Notes under the pieces: model-generated
Told to the model about the DNA's origin: nothing
Database searches by the model: none
What the model saw: the letters and a program-made list of their open reading frames with translations, nothing else
Position numbers and translations under genes: made by a program
Part shown: positions 38,933 through 56,538 of the stretch, one piece after another
Position numbering within the stretch: position 1 is the stretch's first letter
Layout: every line of letters starts with the position of its first letter
DNA from: Kondoa subrosea
Taxonomy: Eukaryota
NCBI GenBank assembly: GCA_039545335.1
Contig: BCIN01000001.1
Span: 2,855,136 to 2,919,135 of the forward strand
Reading direction: 5' to 3'
Length of the DNA stretch: 64,000 nt

Positions 38933-40324
38933 TCAGTCCAACAATGACAAAGCAGACATCAAGCTCACCTTAGAGGCCATTGGTGTTTCTTGTGACCACA
39001 ATCGCTGCGCCCATTGATTGACCCAAACACTCTCATGATCTTTCTCGCCCAACACTTTGAATCGAAACCTTAATCGCATCTGCTTCCTTCCGTTGTTTAA
39101 TCGTAGAAGAGGTAAGAAATGCCTTCGTGTAACAATAAATGGATCTTCCTCTTCTTCTTTACTAGAGATAGCAGAAAAGTCTTGATCGGATAAATGATCG
39201 TAAGCCGCATCGATAGAGATATATTTCAGGTTTGGTAGATGGACAAGAGGTGCGTATGTTGTAGATTCGATAGGTCGAAAGAACAAGAGGTTGTTGAGCG
39301 TGAAGCTGTCTAAATGAGGAAGATGTACCAGACTACTGATCAGAGCTTGGAGTTCACTGATTTCTGGTGAGTCGTAGATATTGATCACTAGTTCTTTGCA
39401 ATGGGGAAAGAGGGACCAAAGCCGTTTGAGTTGTTTTGGATCACGATGAATGTCATCCAGCATGACTCTGTCCATTTTCAAGTGTGTAACATTTGGGTAG
39501 ATCAAATCGATGGGAAGTGTTTTGAGGAAAGGAGGGATCGACCATGTGACATGATCGCCTCTGAGCATCAGATGTGTGACCAGATTTGCGGCTTCGGGGG
39601 TAATTAGGACATAGGTGTAATTGGGCGCCGTGAGCTCAGGATTTTCTTCATCCGGTATGCCAATCTTATCACATATTGGTAGCTTGTAAAGTGCTAATGC
39701 GGAGACGTCTATCTGGAGCTTGTGTAATTGATTAGGCAAAGTTGTTGGCAATAGGGAGCGAGGCCAAAAGTTGATGAATCGGAGACAGGATATCGTGACA
39801 GGCTTGCTGAAGATAGAAGAGAAGGAAGGGATTGTGTAAGAAGGAGGAACATTGACTATCTCGATAGTCAAGCAGTGTATAGTCGAAAGGAAGCTGAGGT
39901 CTGCTTCATCAAAGTCAAATGTCGTCTGAAAATGAGAGAACTTAGTAGAAGTGGTAGAAATAGAGAGATGTAGGGTATTGATATTGCTCAGTCTGGAGAG
40001 CAGATAGACTTGGTTCAAAAAGGTGCTTTTGTGCTGTGGCCATGCTCCAGGCTTTGTCGTTCCAGTGATCCTGGCGATCGTCATATCCCAGCGAACCGTT
40101 TTGACCATTGATCTATACGCTTCCTTTTGCCCTAGCACTTCTTCCTTGAGATTCCTTATGCAGTGGTTTCCGCTGAGGTGCAAGTCATAATAGCACCAAG
40201 GGGTCCATATCTCATTGAACTGCTTGTTGACCAAGCGTAGTGACCAGAAAGTAGCTTGACTGCCTTTATCTTTTCGAAGGTGTTGTGCTATTATTGCGAC
40301 CAGATCGAAGGGAAGTGTATGCAT
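38933..40324 (-). CDS. intronless F-box/LRR-like protein
   Basis: MHTLPFDLVAIIAQHL...LRLVNKQFNEIWTPWCY F-box-like start followed by LxxLxL repeats. Confidence 0.7.
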   Translation of the reverse strand: MHTLPFDLVAIIAQHLRKDKGSQATFWSLRLVNKQFNEIWTPWCYYDLHLSGNHCIRNLKEEVLGQKEAYRSMVKTVRWDMTIARITGTTKPGAWPQHKSTFLNQVYLLSRLSNINTLHLSISTTSTKFSHFQTTFDFDEADLSFLSTIHCLTIEIVNVPPSYTIPSFSSIFSKPVTISCLRFINFWPRSLLPTTLPNQLHKLQIDVSALALYKLPICDKIGIPDEENPELTAPNYTYVLITPEAANLVTHLMLRGDHVTWSIPPFLKTLPIDLIYPNVTHLKMDRVMLDDIHRDPKQLKRLWSLFPHCKELVINIYDSPEISELQALISSLVHLPHLDSFTLNNLLFFRPIESTTYAPLVHLPNLKYISIDAAYDHLSDQDFSAISSKEEEEDPFIVTRRHFLPLLRLNNGRKQMRLRFRFKVLGEKDHESVWVNQWAQRLWSQETPMASKVSLMSALSLLD

Positions 40325-40474
40325 CACTAGACTGTTCTCAATCAGTGATGCAGTTGGATTCAGTCTCGAACGCGATGGGCGGTGTGGAGAAACCCATGAA
40401 CGCTTACTAATCACGTGTGTAATCTCGCGCGAGCGGCAAGCGTTCTCTTTCTCCTCAACAGCAACCGCACGAGA

Positions 40475-40938
40475 ATGTCAGGCAAACAAAATCAAGGAGG
40501 CTTCACTGTCAGCGGAACCAATAGCAGAGTGCGCTACATTTCATGTTCTTACGCTTAGAGCTTACCTAACGTTGAATTCGACAGGGCGACGACTATGTCG
40601 CCCGATACGACGCAGAAGGCCAAAACAGGTTAGTCTTCTTCACAGCAGCAATAGACCAGAACTGATTATTTGCGATTCAGGAGCTTCTCGTACAAGAACG
40701 GCAGGTCCTCTTCCCACGTATAGATGTATGCTTACTAGATTGCGGTATAGCTGATAACGGGTCTCGCTACTACGAGAAGACCGGTGATAGAGGCTTCGCC
40801 AAGTATGATGCTCCGAAAGATAGCGGAAGGTTAGTTTCAGCTTGTATACGGGAACAAAGCGGGCTGAACCTTTTGCTGCATAGTGGAAAGTCATGGATTC
40901 AGGGATCTGGCTCTGAGCGTTATAATACAAAGAAATGA
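40475..40938 (+). CDS. small Gly/Ser/Tyr-rich protein, 5 exons, not in ORF track
   Basis: Spliced MSGKQNQGGFTVSGTNSRGDDYVARYDAEGQNRSFSYKNADNGSRYYEKTGDRGFAKYDAPKDSGSGKSWIQGSGSERYNTKK; four ~50-nt introns keep the frame, one is GC-AG. Confidence 0.7.
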
Positions 40939-41706
40939 GAGATAGCAGCAGATGAGAGGATGATATGGATTGTATGACTTTTGTTGTGTAAGATTATTAT
41001 GAATGAATTCTTGGGCACAAAGATGCAAAGGATTTGGATTGATAACAAGAGTATGATAGCGATACCTAACAATAAGCCAAAGGCTGAATACGAATACCAA
41101 AACTTCGCATGCATTGTGACAATCGAATCAGCAGACCTATTCGACTTCAATAGACATCTATCAAGAGACGTATAGATCGAGAGGAAGCAGGCAGGTGCGC
41201 CTGAGTCACGCGGTCTGCATATCTTGAGAACGATATTCTGAATGCCGAGAGTGCGGATGACATGCAAACGGCAGAAAGAAGAGAATCAAAGGCAGAGAGA
41301 ATCAGGAGAGTGTATCTTCGTATTCTGAGCACCTCACTGCTATAGGAAGGGCGAGTATATAGAGAACATTTCTGCGAAATTCATGTGCAAACTTTCAAAG
41401 CCGCATCGTGTAAGTGGTCGAAGAGATTGATGCGGCACTTGAACAGGAGAAAACAACAAGGCATGGATTGTTCGAAGTACGGTAGTAGCGAAGAAGGATG
41501 AGTAATCACAAGCAATCACATTTTCTTCTCCGAACCGGCCGAATGCGATTTGCTGAGTGTGACACATCCCTGCCGATCCCTTTCGTCGCTCTTTCCTGAA
41601 CAGCTATTATACTTGTCTGATACCTCACGCGCATATACCTAGACTGTATCCCAGTCTGCGCTTTGTTACTCGTTTTCTGGCCTCCCGTGTTTTCACAACT
41701 TCAAAC

Positions 41707-47069
<5,363 letters not shown>

Positions 47070-47275
47070 TTCTACCGTCCTCATCTGTATGTATCATTTG
47101 TGGAAAAGGGCATATCATTCTTCTGTTTGTATATAAGCATATAAGCATGGTCACGACGTTCGGAGAGCGTTCAATTCATGACAAGGTACATTGAATCCAT
47201 AGATTTTCACTTAAAACTTTGCGATTGATACATTTGGCAAACGATTACAACATGAAGCGTATAAGATGATCCTGC

Positions 47276-49284
47276 CTAATTCTTTCCATGCGCCAGAGTA
47301 CCCATAGGATCCCATACGGGTAGAACTGTGGGTTGCCCTTTGTCGAAAACAGCTTTGACTTCACGCGAGAGGTATTTGCGGTCACTTCAAACAGGCATCA
47401 GTTCCAATTTGACGCAAAAGATCATCAAACTCACGCAACGATCTGGTAAACGTATTCCTTGAACCAGTCAGCGCTCATGACAAAGAAGCCATCCGTTCCA
47501 GGTGTATTGCCCCAGCTGTTCTCAACCCGGAAACGAATAGGTTCGCCAGAAGCTGAAAGATGAGCCGCGGTGATTACCCTACAAGCAGATAAAGATGAGC
47601 TGTATGCGCTGACTCGAGCGATTTAGTTAGACCCACATCGCATGTGTCATTGCGGATTCGCCGCTGTAAGCAATCGGTTAGCTGTAGTCGTGAAAACGGT
47701 TTGACAGACTTACGTTTGCAATCGTTGAGCTTTAGTCATGCCTAATTCGACACCGAAAGAAGTCTTGAGGTCGAAAAGCCTTGGATCCATTATACCCAGC
47801 GCAGAGTTGCTCGATTGACCAACATCGCAACCAAACCAAACGGGTTGATTAGCCTTCAATAGGTTGATGACGACTATTCGCCGCATTAGCATAAATTCGT
47901 CCAGTATGGCAAAGAAAGCTCACCCTTCATCATAGCCTCTGCAGTTGTGTTGACATAAAGGACAGGTCGCCCGTTGTAGACATTGCCCAAGCGCTCTACA
48001 GTGTATAGGTGATCATACTTGTTCCGAGGATCATTGATGAGAGAGATACATTGACCAGCGTTGAAAGGAGCGCAAGATTGTCTATAGAATTGCACAGGAG
48101 TAGATTTGACGCATTGGAACTTCTTGTCTTTATCTTCGAACTCCCAAGTGAACTAACGTAAACCTGTGAATATTGAAATGATAGCCACGTGAAAGCAAAA
48201 CTCACTTCTGCATCGGGTTTCGGAGGCTTGCCCAAAGCGATAGAAAGCATAGTATACACCTCGCTCATTTGTTCAGCTTTGCGTCTTCTTGCCATCTGAC
48301 TGGCGATGTTTCTCTTCTCTTGCATCGACTTAGAGGTGTTGGCTTGAGCGATTGATACAAGAGTTCGAGCGTGTAATTCGCGCAATTCCAAAGCGTACTC
48401 GCGAAGCTTGGAAGTGAGTAACTTATCGATAGCGGAAGAGTTACTGGAGTTGTAGCTTTCCGGATAGATGCACTGAGGAACAAGACCGTATTTCTCGACC
48501 AAGTTGACGACCACTGAAATTGTGTTCTGGATCAGAAAATAATTCGTGTATACATAAATATAGCCTCACTATCAAATTGACCTCCATCATTCTCTGGATC
48601 AGTGCAAAGGTATTGGACTGTCCTATCATCAAGCGGTCTTTCGGCGAGTTCGATCATTTGTTCAAGCTATCAAGCACAAGTTGTCAAATAACTCCTCGAT
48701 CCAAAGAGCAAGGTTTCGCACAAAGTAGTTGCTCTTCTCGAGCCAATCATAGAAGGCAAGATATGACTGAGATAGTTCCATGTTGTCTAGCTTGTACTTC
48801 TCCAGCACATTCATTCTCGCTACATTGCAAGTTGCGAAGAGCTGTGAGCCGGAATGAGCAAAGCTTGACTTCTACTTTCAGCAAGATCTTACCCAGCATC
48901 TTCCAGATTGCATCTGATTGCATACATCACCAACAGCTCGAGTGAGCTAGCATCGATGTGAGAACCTTCTTGACTGAGCATTCCAAAGACTGGACTTACT
49001 TTGAGATTGAAGACTTGCTGATCAGCGATAGCTGCTTCCCTCGATTGCAGAGCAGTCCATAAGTGCTGCTTGCTCAAGACAGTCCGAGCAAGCCTCTTAG
49101 CTGGATCTTCATCGATACGCGCTTCCCAATCATCCAGACTATCGATAGAGAGAACACCTGTATCATTGGTCGTTCCCTTGATCTGGAGACGCGCGAGTAG
49201 CTTGGATGCGCTCTCTGCTTGATAGTGAGGAATAGGAGTCTTCTCGCTAAGCGGGGTGACTGGTTTTGAAGGTTGTCCGCCCAT
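47276..49284 (-). CDS. LAP3: bleomycin hydrolase / cysteine aminopeptidase (peptidase C1B)
   Basis: NQMQSGRCW catalytic Cys motif, VWFGCDVG, SAMTHAM, RFRVENSWG, WDPMGTLA. Confidence 0.95.
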
Positions 49285-49911
49285 GTAATATACTTGAAAG
49301 TGTTATCGGTGATGATCTGACGTGCTTGCGAAGCTTTGGATCGATGTATCGAGATAAGGAAGACCTTACCCCGGATTGACCAAACAAGGATTGAATCCGG
49401 CTTCTCTTGTACGACCCATTTGATGTGCAGCAACCATCATAGCCCTGGCAGAGAGGCATGCCTATGGAAGGAAAGGCTGCCGAGCTGATATCCAGCAACT
49501 TTGGCGAATGTGCCAAAACTTGTCAAATCGTGTGCGATGGACAGTCTTCAGGGCAATCATGATGATCTTCACCTGGAAAGCTTGATTGCTGGCGATTTCT
49601 GCTGCTCCTTTCCCTGTTTTCTTGCGTCTGTCTTCCCTGCATCCCGTTTTTATTCCATTCCTCTTATCTACCTATATACGCCTGCTCATGTACGCTCGAG
49701 GACTTCCATTGTCGCTCTCTTTCACGGTTCATTTGTCTTTGCGCGCACGAGCACATGATGTAACTGTTTCCCGAAAACACTACGAAACAAAGAACACTGC
49801 TTCCATCTACGTCAGTGCATAAAGCTGTGTGAATTTTCATTTCTACTCTTCTCTTTCTTGTACCACTCACCTTGTATTCACACTTCGATATCCCGACACT
49901 TTATACTTATA

Positions 49912-50984
49912 ATGTTCACCGCTCAAATCGCTCTGCTTCTTGTGGCAGCTTCAGCTGTTCTAGCTGCTCCTCGTCCTCAGGATACTTCCAACGTTCCTGC
50001 TTGTGTCAATCTCTGGTAAGCTACCTTGTCGTCTTACTAATTACCTGTGTCTGATCTATTTGGGCAGCGTTCGCGTCAAGTGAATTGGCAATACATCATT
50101 TTCTCGCACAAGCTGATTGACATCACTTTGCAGATTTGAAGAAGCCGCTTCGCTTGCTCCAAACTGCGCTTCTACTGATATTGGATGCCTTTGCGCAACT
50201 CCAAGCTGGATTGGTGCCTACTCCCGTTGTTTGACTGATAACGTATGTTCTCATCTGTGCAAGTCGATCATTGAAGCTGATCATAGTACAGTGCGCTGGA
50301 GCTGATGTTCAAACTGGCGCTACTTTCGGTCTTCAGCTTTGCGCCAATGCGTAGGTTCGAGCGCATTTGAGCGGGAAAGCTTGGACTGACATTTGATGCA
50401 AAGCGGTGTTGGTCTCAATGGTCAAACAGCTGTGACTGATGCTGCTGCTTCATCAACTGCTGCAGCTGCCGTTTCTAGCGCCATTGCTGAAGGTTCCTCG
50501 CGAGTCTTCTTTCATGGTATGAATACAGGATGTTCTCTAAAGTAAATTCGTAGATCTGCTGCATCGCTTACTTCTTCTCTTGCTGCTCAAGCCTCGTCCG
50601 CAACTTCTTCAATGGCTGCTGAAGCTTCTTCATTGGCCTCACAAGCCAGTGCCAGCGCAAGTTCAGCAATGATGGCAGCTTCAAGCGCAGCTCAAAGGTA
50701 AGGATCATGTTCATACCTGCTTGATGAGATCTCTAACAGGATGTTCTTACAGTGCATCATCATCTCAATTGGCCTCTTCTACTTCAGCTTTCGGATCTTC
50801 CATCTCCCAAGCCACTCAAAATGCAGCCTCGTCAATCTCAGCTCTATCTTCTCAATTAGCAGCTTCAATCTCTTCCGCCTCTCAAGCAGCCAAACCAACC
50901 ACTTCTGGTTCTTCTTCAGCTGGCAAAGTTCAAGTTGGTGGTGTTCTCGCTTTGATTGGTGGAATCGCTGCTTTGGTTGTTTAA
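49912..50984 (+). CDS. secreted CFEM-domain, probably GPI-anchored, cell-surface protein
   Basis: Signal peptide MFTAQIALLLVAASAVLA; PACVNLC...NCASTDIGCLC...YSRCLTDNC...QLC; Ser/Ala-rich stalk; hydrophobic C-terminus; 12-nt microexon 50068-50079. Confidence 0.85.
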
Positions 50985-51203
50985 GCATCGAAAGGGAATT
51001 TGGGGCTCTATACCAATACACGAGGGGATTGTACTCTTTTCGCCGCTTATAATTATTTTAACGAAAGTAAATGAAGGTTATACTCGAATCATTCGAACTG
51101 TCAGGGACTATAGTATGACATCGTGCAAATGCAAAGGAAAGATACATCAAAAAGAGTATATACAGAGGAAACGTGCATGCGATAGTAACCCAAAACCGAG
51201 AGA

Positions 51204-52613
51204 TCATGACTGTGGTTCGACAGAAAACTTGCATCAGCTGAATGCTGATCGCAATGTTGTTCTCTGCGCACCTCTCCTGCATCTTCTGGATCATTGATCC
51301 CATCCGCTCCGATTGAGAATTGTTGCGACCCTTCCGGTAGGCAAGGCGAGTCATAGATTTTAGCAATACGATTTGGTCCTCTTCCTTTCTTGAGCGAGAG
51401 ACTGTACGACAACGAAGCTCGCGTAAGCAGGAAATCTTGCTATACACAAATTGAGCGAACCGTGTTGTAGAAGCATGAGCCATAATATTGCCTCCGATAG
51501 GTTTTGGGCCGGATGCGAAAGCAGAAGGACCAGCATCAGGTGAAGCGACTACTTGATTCGTTACCACAACAGCGATTCCATACTGTACCAGAAAGAATAA
51601 GTTGATAGATCAGAATATCGCGCTCTCAACTCACCTCATCAGCTAATCTCAATAACGTCCTTAAAAATTTTGCTAAATGATTCTGTCTAGCACTTAATTC
51701 ACCTCTTCCAGAGAAATCCGTTCGATAAAGAGAAGTACAGGAATCGACAATAAGTAAGGAGAATCTTGATTCAGCCATCATAGCAGAAGCTTGCGTTAGT
51801 AGAGCTTGTTGATGATCTGCATTATAAGCTCGAGCATAAGCGACGTTGTCCAGAACTTCTTCTCCATTGAGACCATAACGTTCTGCTACCGCTAGCAATC
51901 GGACTGGTCGGAAAGTGCCTTCAGTATCGATATATAGACATTTCCCTTCTCCACCTCCCATTGAATGCGGTAGCTACGGATCTGCTCAACTACGGGACGA
52001 ATTGCAAACAATCACTGGTACATACCTGACAAGTGACTGCAAGCTGATGACAAATCTGAGACTTGCCCGTTCGAAATTCACCAAAGATTTCAGTAATGGA
52101 ACCAGTTTCAATACCTCCGCCTAATAGCAAGTCCAAGTTTTTACTACCAGTAGTGATGGTCAGAAGATCTTCGCGACGAGCGTGATATTCAGTAGCTGTG
52201 GTGAAACCCATTGGAACGACTTTGTTTGCTGCAGAAGAGTGCTTTTTAGCTACAGAAGGCTGCACTACTACACAGTAGCATACCTCCGTTTAAGATCTTG
52301 TCCGCTTTAGCTTCTGAAATGCCCTTGATAGCGAGTAGCACTGTATGATAAAGACCAATCAAGATCAGTTGTCGTGCCACGTAAACCATGACACGTACAC
52401 TTCTTTGGTGTGAAAGCAACGCTCTCAAGCGTATGATAGCCAGCCTCTTGAAGTTTTTGACAATCTCCATTCGTCAGACCAAATTCCTGCCAACGCAATA
52501 CTTCAGCTCCCTTGAATTGTACAGTGAATGCTACAGTAGCTCACACATAATGCTGTGATAGGTGTAGCGCATTTCAAAGAAGGAGTTTCTTCAGCTTGCG
52601 ATTCTTGTGACAT
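51204..52613 (-). CDS. RAD51: DNA recombinase Rad51
   Basis: [70 protein letters not shown]. Confidence 0.97.
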
Positions 52614-52968
52614 TGTTTACTTTCTGACTTTTGTTGGAACGCGCTCTTAGCTGCTAGACTTATGACCGGAGATCAGATATAGGCTGCTTAGAGTGTTGCA
52701 GCAAGCCAAGATACGAAAAGGTGGAAGTCAGGGAAGAGCTTGCGCAAGGGTGAAGCTGCGAGGTGGCGTGCCAACTTCACGCGCGTCGAGGTGAAAAGAG
52801 TCGAGAAGTACGAGATGGTTGCTTGTAGCGTACTTGCTTGCTGAGAGAGCAGCGAAGCTAATCGAAATTGTGCGCATGAGAAGAAAATATGCACAATGAG
52901 AGAACGCAGTCATGGTGTCTATATACAATGTTTTGCAAGAACCTCGCTTAGCAATTGTTTAGAGTACA

Positions 52969-55902
52969 CTAAGCCTCTTCAATATGCGAAGGCTTTTGTT
53001 TTGTCGCGCGTTTGCCATCTACTTTATCTGCTGCCAGACCATATTCTTTGACGCCGATGAGATCGGCACCTTCTTGGTCTTGGTCTATCGGAACGATGTA
53101 GTCTCTCCATTTACGAGCAGGAATCTTTCGAGAGAACATATAGTTGATTTCTTCCAGAGTGCGACCTCGCTGCGACACATTATAGGTCAGCATTATTCCA
53201 GGTAGGAAGAGATGTGACTGACCGTTTCACCGATGTACAGCCAGACAAAGAGAGCACTCAAAGCGCATCCGCCTGCATAAATATACCTGAAGTGCAGGTC
53301 AGTATCAAACAAAGCTCAAGATAATTTCACCAACCCGATCTTCAGTCCAAGACCAGCTCCGCCAACATTATTGTACTGGATAGACAAGTTCAGCTGGCAT
53401 AATACCATTATTGATCATGAGACGAACGAGATAAGGCAAGGTGAAGGTGACCTGAATCGACAATTCAAAGCATCATCACATATCAAGCCAGAATGAACTC
53501 ACAGCCCAAGCAACAATCCAGAACGCTGCTGTGCCGATTCCCATGATTCTTTTTTTTGAGAAGAATAGGAAGGAGAAGAAGGGGGAACAAGAGGAGGGAG
53601 AAGAATGGGGTGAGAAAGAGGAGCGAAAAAGAAAATGGAGGCTTACAGGGATCGATTAGGACCAGTGCACATCTCCGTGGCGCTGTAAGTAAGTCGCCAA
53701 GTCAGGACTCTATGCGAATTACTTGAAGAGTCTTGACTTACACAGACCAGGCCAACTGTTTGACATAACTCAGTTCGGGGCTGGTATATTAATGTCAAAT
53801 GACTCACAGGGCCCCTGAGAAAGAATGGACATCAGACTAGTAGTCTCCTCGACAGGTAAAAACACCTACCAGCTGACATTGAAAGCGAAGACATAGATAC
53901 AAATGAAAGCAATTGCTGTTTTGCCATAAGCTGGCGGTGGGACAGTAGGCGCAATTTCAGGCTAAGCACATATCAGCTGAAGCATCGATAAGGTGGAGAT
54001 GAGCATACACCGGAAGCAAGACCCCCAATAATCAACACTATGGCCGACTGAGCATGATATAAAGGGGACAGAAGCATAGACGTACTGGATACAATTTCGA
54101 TCAATGAGCACCAAAGAATCAGAGGTTTGCGGCCGACACGTTCGATGATGAAGAAGCCAGCGATGACGCCCAAAACTTCAATGATATTGATCTGTGGAAA
54201 CGAACGGTAAACTCCGCCTTAGCATGTAAATAACGAATCAGCTGACGATAATAGTAATGATGAAAGGGTTGGCGAGCTATGGCCACGTCAACACTGATCT
54301 CGTTGGATACTAAAGTGTCTCACTTGTAACGCGACCGAAATCTGCAAAACAGATCAGCTAGAAGAAGAACGGCGTTTCGCACAGTACTGACCACTGTAGC
54401 GTACGAGAAGATGAACTGCACAGAGATATAAGCAGAGTGAGCGTATTCTGAAGAAAGTCGACCTACTTGCTAGGATCATTAGAATTGCACTTGTCAGTGG
54501 AGCGATGAGAGCAGAAGTTAGTACATACGACACCACCAATCTGTTGACCTCTACGTATGGCTCTCCGTTAACATTGCTTCTCTCGTGTTGGGCAGTCACT
54601 CACGCGAGAATACCAAAAGTCGAGATCAATTTTCTTCGTTCAATAGGATTAGTGAAAATCTCTAGCGGTCCTCCGCCAGACCTCTTCTCCCGCTCAGCCT
54701 TCTCGTGATCTTTTTTGATGAGAGCAAATTCCGGTTCAGCATCGTAATCAGGGTTGCTGGCATTAATGCGATTGAGACTGCGAGCCGCCTTTTCGTCGCG
54801 TCCTTTGGCTGTATTCAGCTTTTAGTGAGTAAGATGTAGATATACTGTCAGAGAATGCTCACAGACTAGCCATCTTGCTGATTCGGGGATGAATGCGATG
54901 AAAACGAATACAATGAGAGGGATAGCAAAGTTCAAGCCAATCGGAATTGCGTATGAAGCTTGTCCGTCAATTGTTCGGGTTCCTTCGTCGACTCCGGCCT
55001 GTCAAGAAGCATACACATCAACGATTGTTGTTACTGCTGTACAGACTCTTGACATACTCCGATGACCTGACCAATAGCAAGCATCAATTGCCATGAACCA
55101 ACGATGATCCCCCTAATGGCGCTTGGACTGGCTTCAGAGAGGTATAACGGCACCCTGCGCAGGATAAGAGACATATGCTGGTATTGGTTGAGAAGACATA
55201 CGCATTCGAAATTACGCCTGTTTGCAACATTAGCTTATGTCCATTCCACGATGCTTGACTTACCAATGCCCATTCCAAGCACCAAACGACCTCCTGTCAT
55301 GCCTCCGATCGAGCCGTCTGTAGCGAGTTGTATGATTGTACCGAGACTGACAAGAATGCACTGCAAATCGATGAGTTACCTCGATTAGAAGGTAGCCAGA
55401 TATCTAGCTCACTGCAGCTGTAAGACCTCCTTTTCTTCCAAGGTAACCACCAATGACTGCTGCAGAAAGCGAGCCGACTAATTCACCAACTTGAACGATT
55501 GAGGACAGCAGCGACAGAGTACCAGATGTAAGCTGAGGGTCGCCATTCGCATCGACTGTATCTCCATATCTTCGAAGGAAAGTAGGCATGGCCGCAATAC
55601 CAGTGAAATAAGTTCCATCGTAACCGTAGAGGACTGTGAATACGTGTTAGAATAGTGCAAGCTGCATTGAATTGCAGTATTTACCTGCTCCTAAGACGAA
55701 GAATCCCTTCCAATGACGCGTGAGCCCGAAAAGTTTGTTCCCCGCATTCTTGATGTGAAATTGCTCACACAGTATAGTATACCTTTGACATGATGTCTGA
55801 ACTGTCGAGGTTGTGAGACTAGAGCTGATTATCCTGGGGCTTAAGTGAACTTACAATGAAAGGTTCAGTAGGCTTGAGCGATGCTACAGCTCCTCCAGCC
55901 AT
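52969..55902 (-). CDS. MFS sugar porter, very intron-rich
   Basis: YGYDGTYFTGI, GYLGRKGG, PLYLSEASPSAIRG, FIPESARWL, IERVGRKPL, GET/RGRTLEEINYMF. Confidence 0.9.
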
Positions 55903-56538
55903 GGTGTAGTTTTGAGGTTTTGGAGATCTGAACAACACAGGCGTAGCTGTTGTTGCTGGTAACAAAGCAAGCGTGTCTTATTTCTGGCTAGCGGCAGCGG
56001 CAAGCTTGAAACTTTCCGAGAGTGACGATGACGATGCCCACTAACTCGGTAAATCTTTGGAAAATGGGAAACAACAATGCGATATCGCGAAAAGGATAGA
56101 AAATGCAAAATTGAAATGAGGACGTCAGATTTGTCGTAGAGGAATTGGATACCATGTCAGTAGAATTGACAATGCAGCCAAGAAGCGCAGAAAGAACAAC
56201 AGTTGAGGGATACGAAATGGGGTATAGCAGGAAATTTAGGTACAGTGGATGACTTCTGCCTAGGCTTCATCAAGGCGCGAGAGCACCGGTGAAAGAAGTG
56301 CATCGTAACAGGAGGAGAGGAATACAGCGACTTTCCAAGTTGCAGTCGAAGCGACTTGCACGATTACTGGCCATACGTGTCGCGGCAGGAGAAGAAGGCC
56401 ATAGGAGAGGACATGCCATGCAATCAATGCAAGCCGATGCTTCCAGCTAGCTCGAGCCCAATATTATCGCACCGCGTGCTGCTGCGCATTTGACCTTTTG
56501 ACTTATCGTGTTCTTTTTCTCTTGCTACCACTCGCAAG

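Noticed and set aside
51204..52613. Possible DMC1 rather than RAD51
   Set aside because: [16 protein letters not shown] and [11 protein letters not shown] are Rad51-type.
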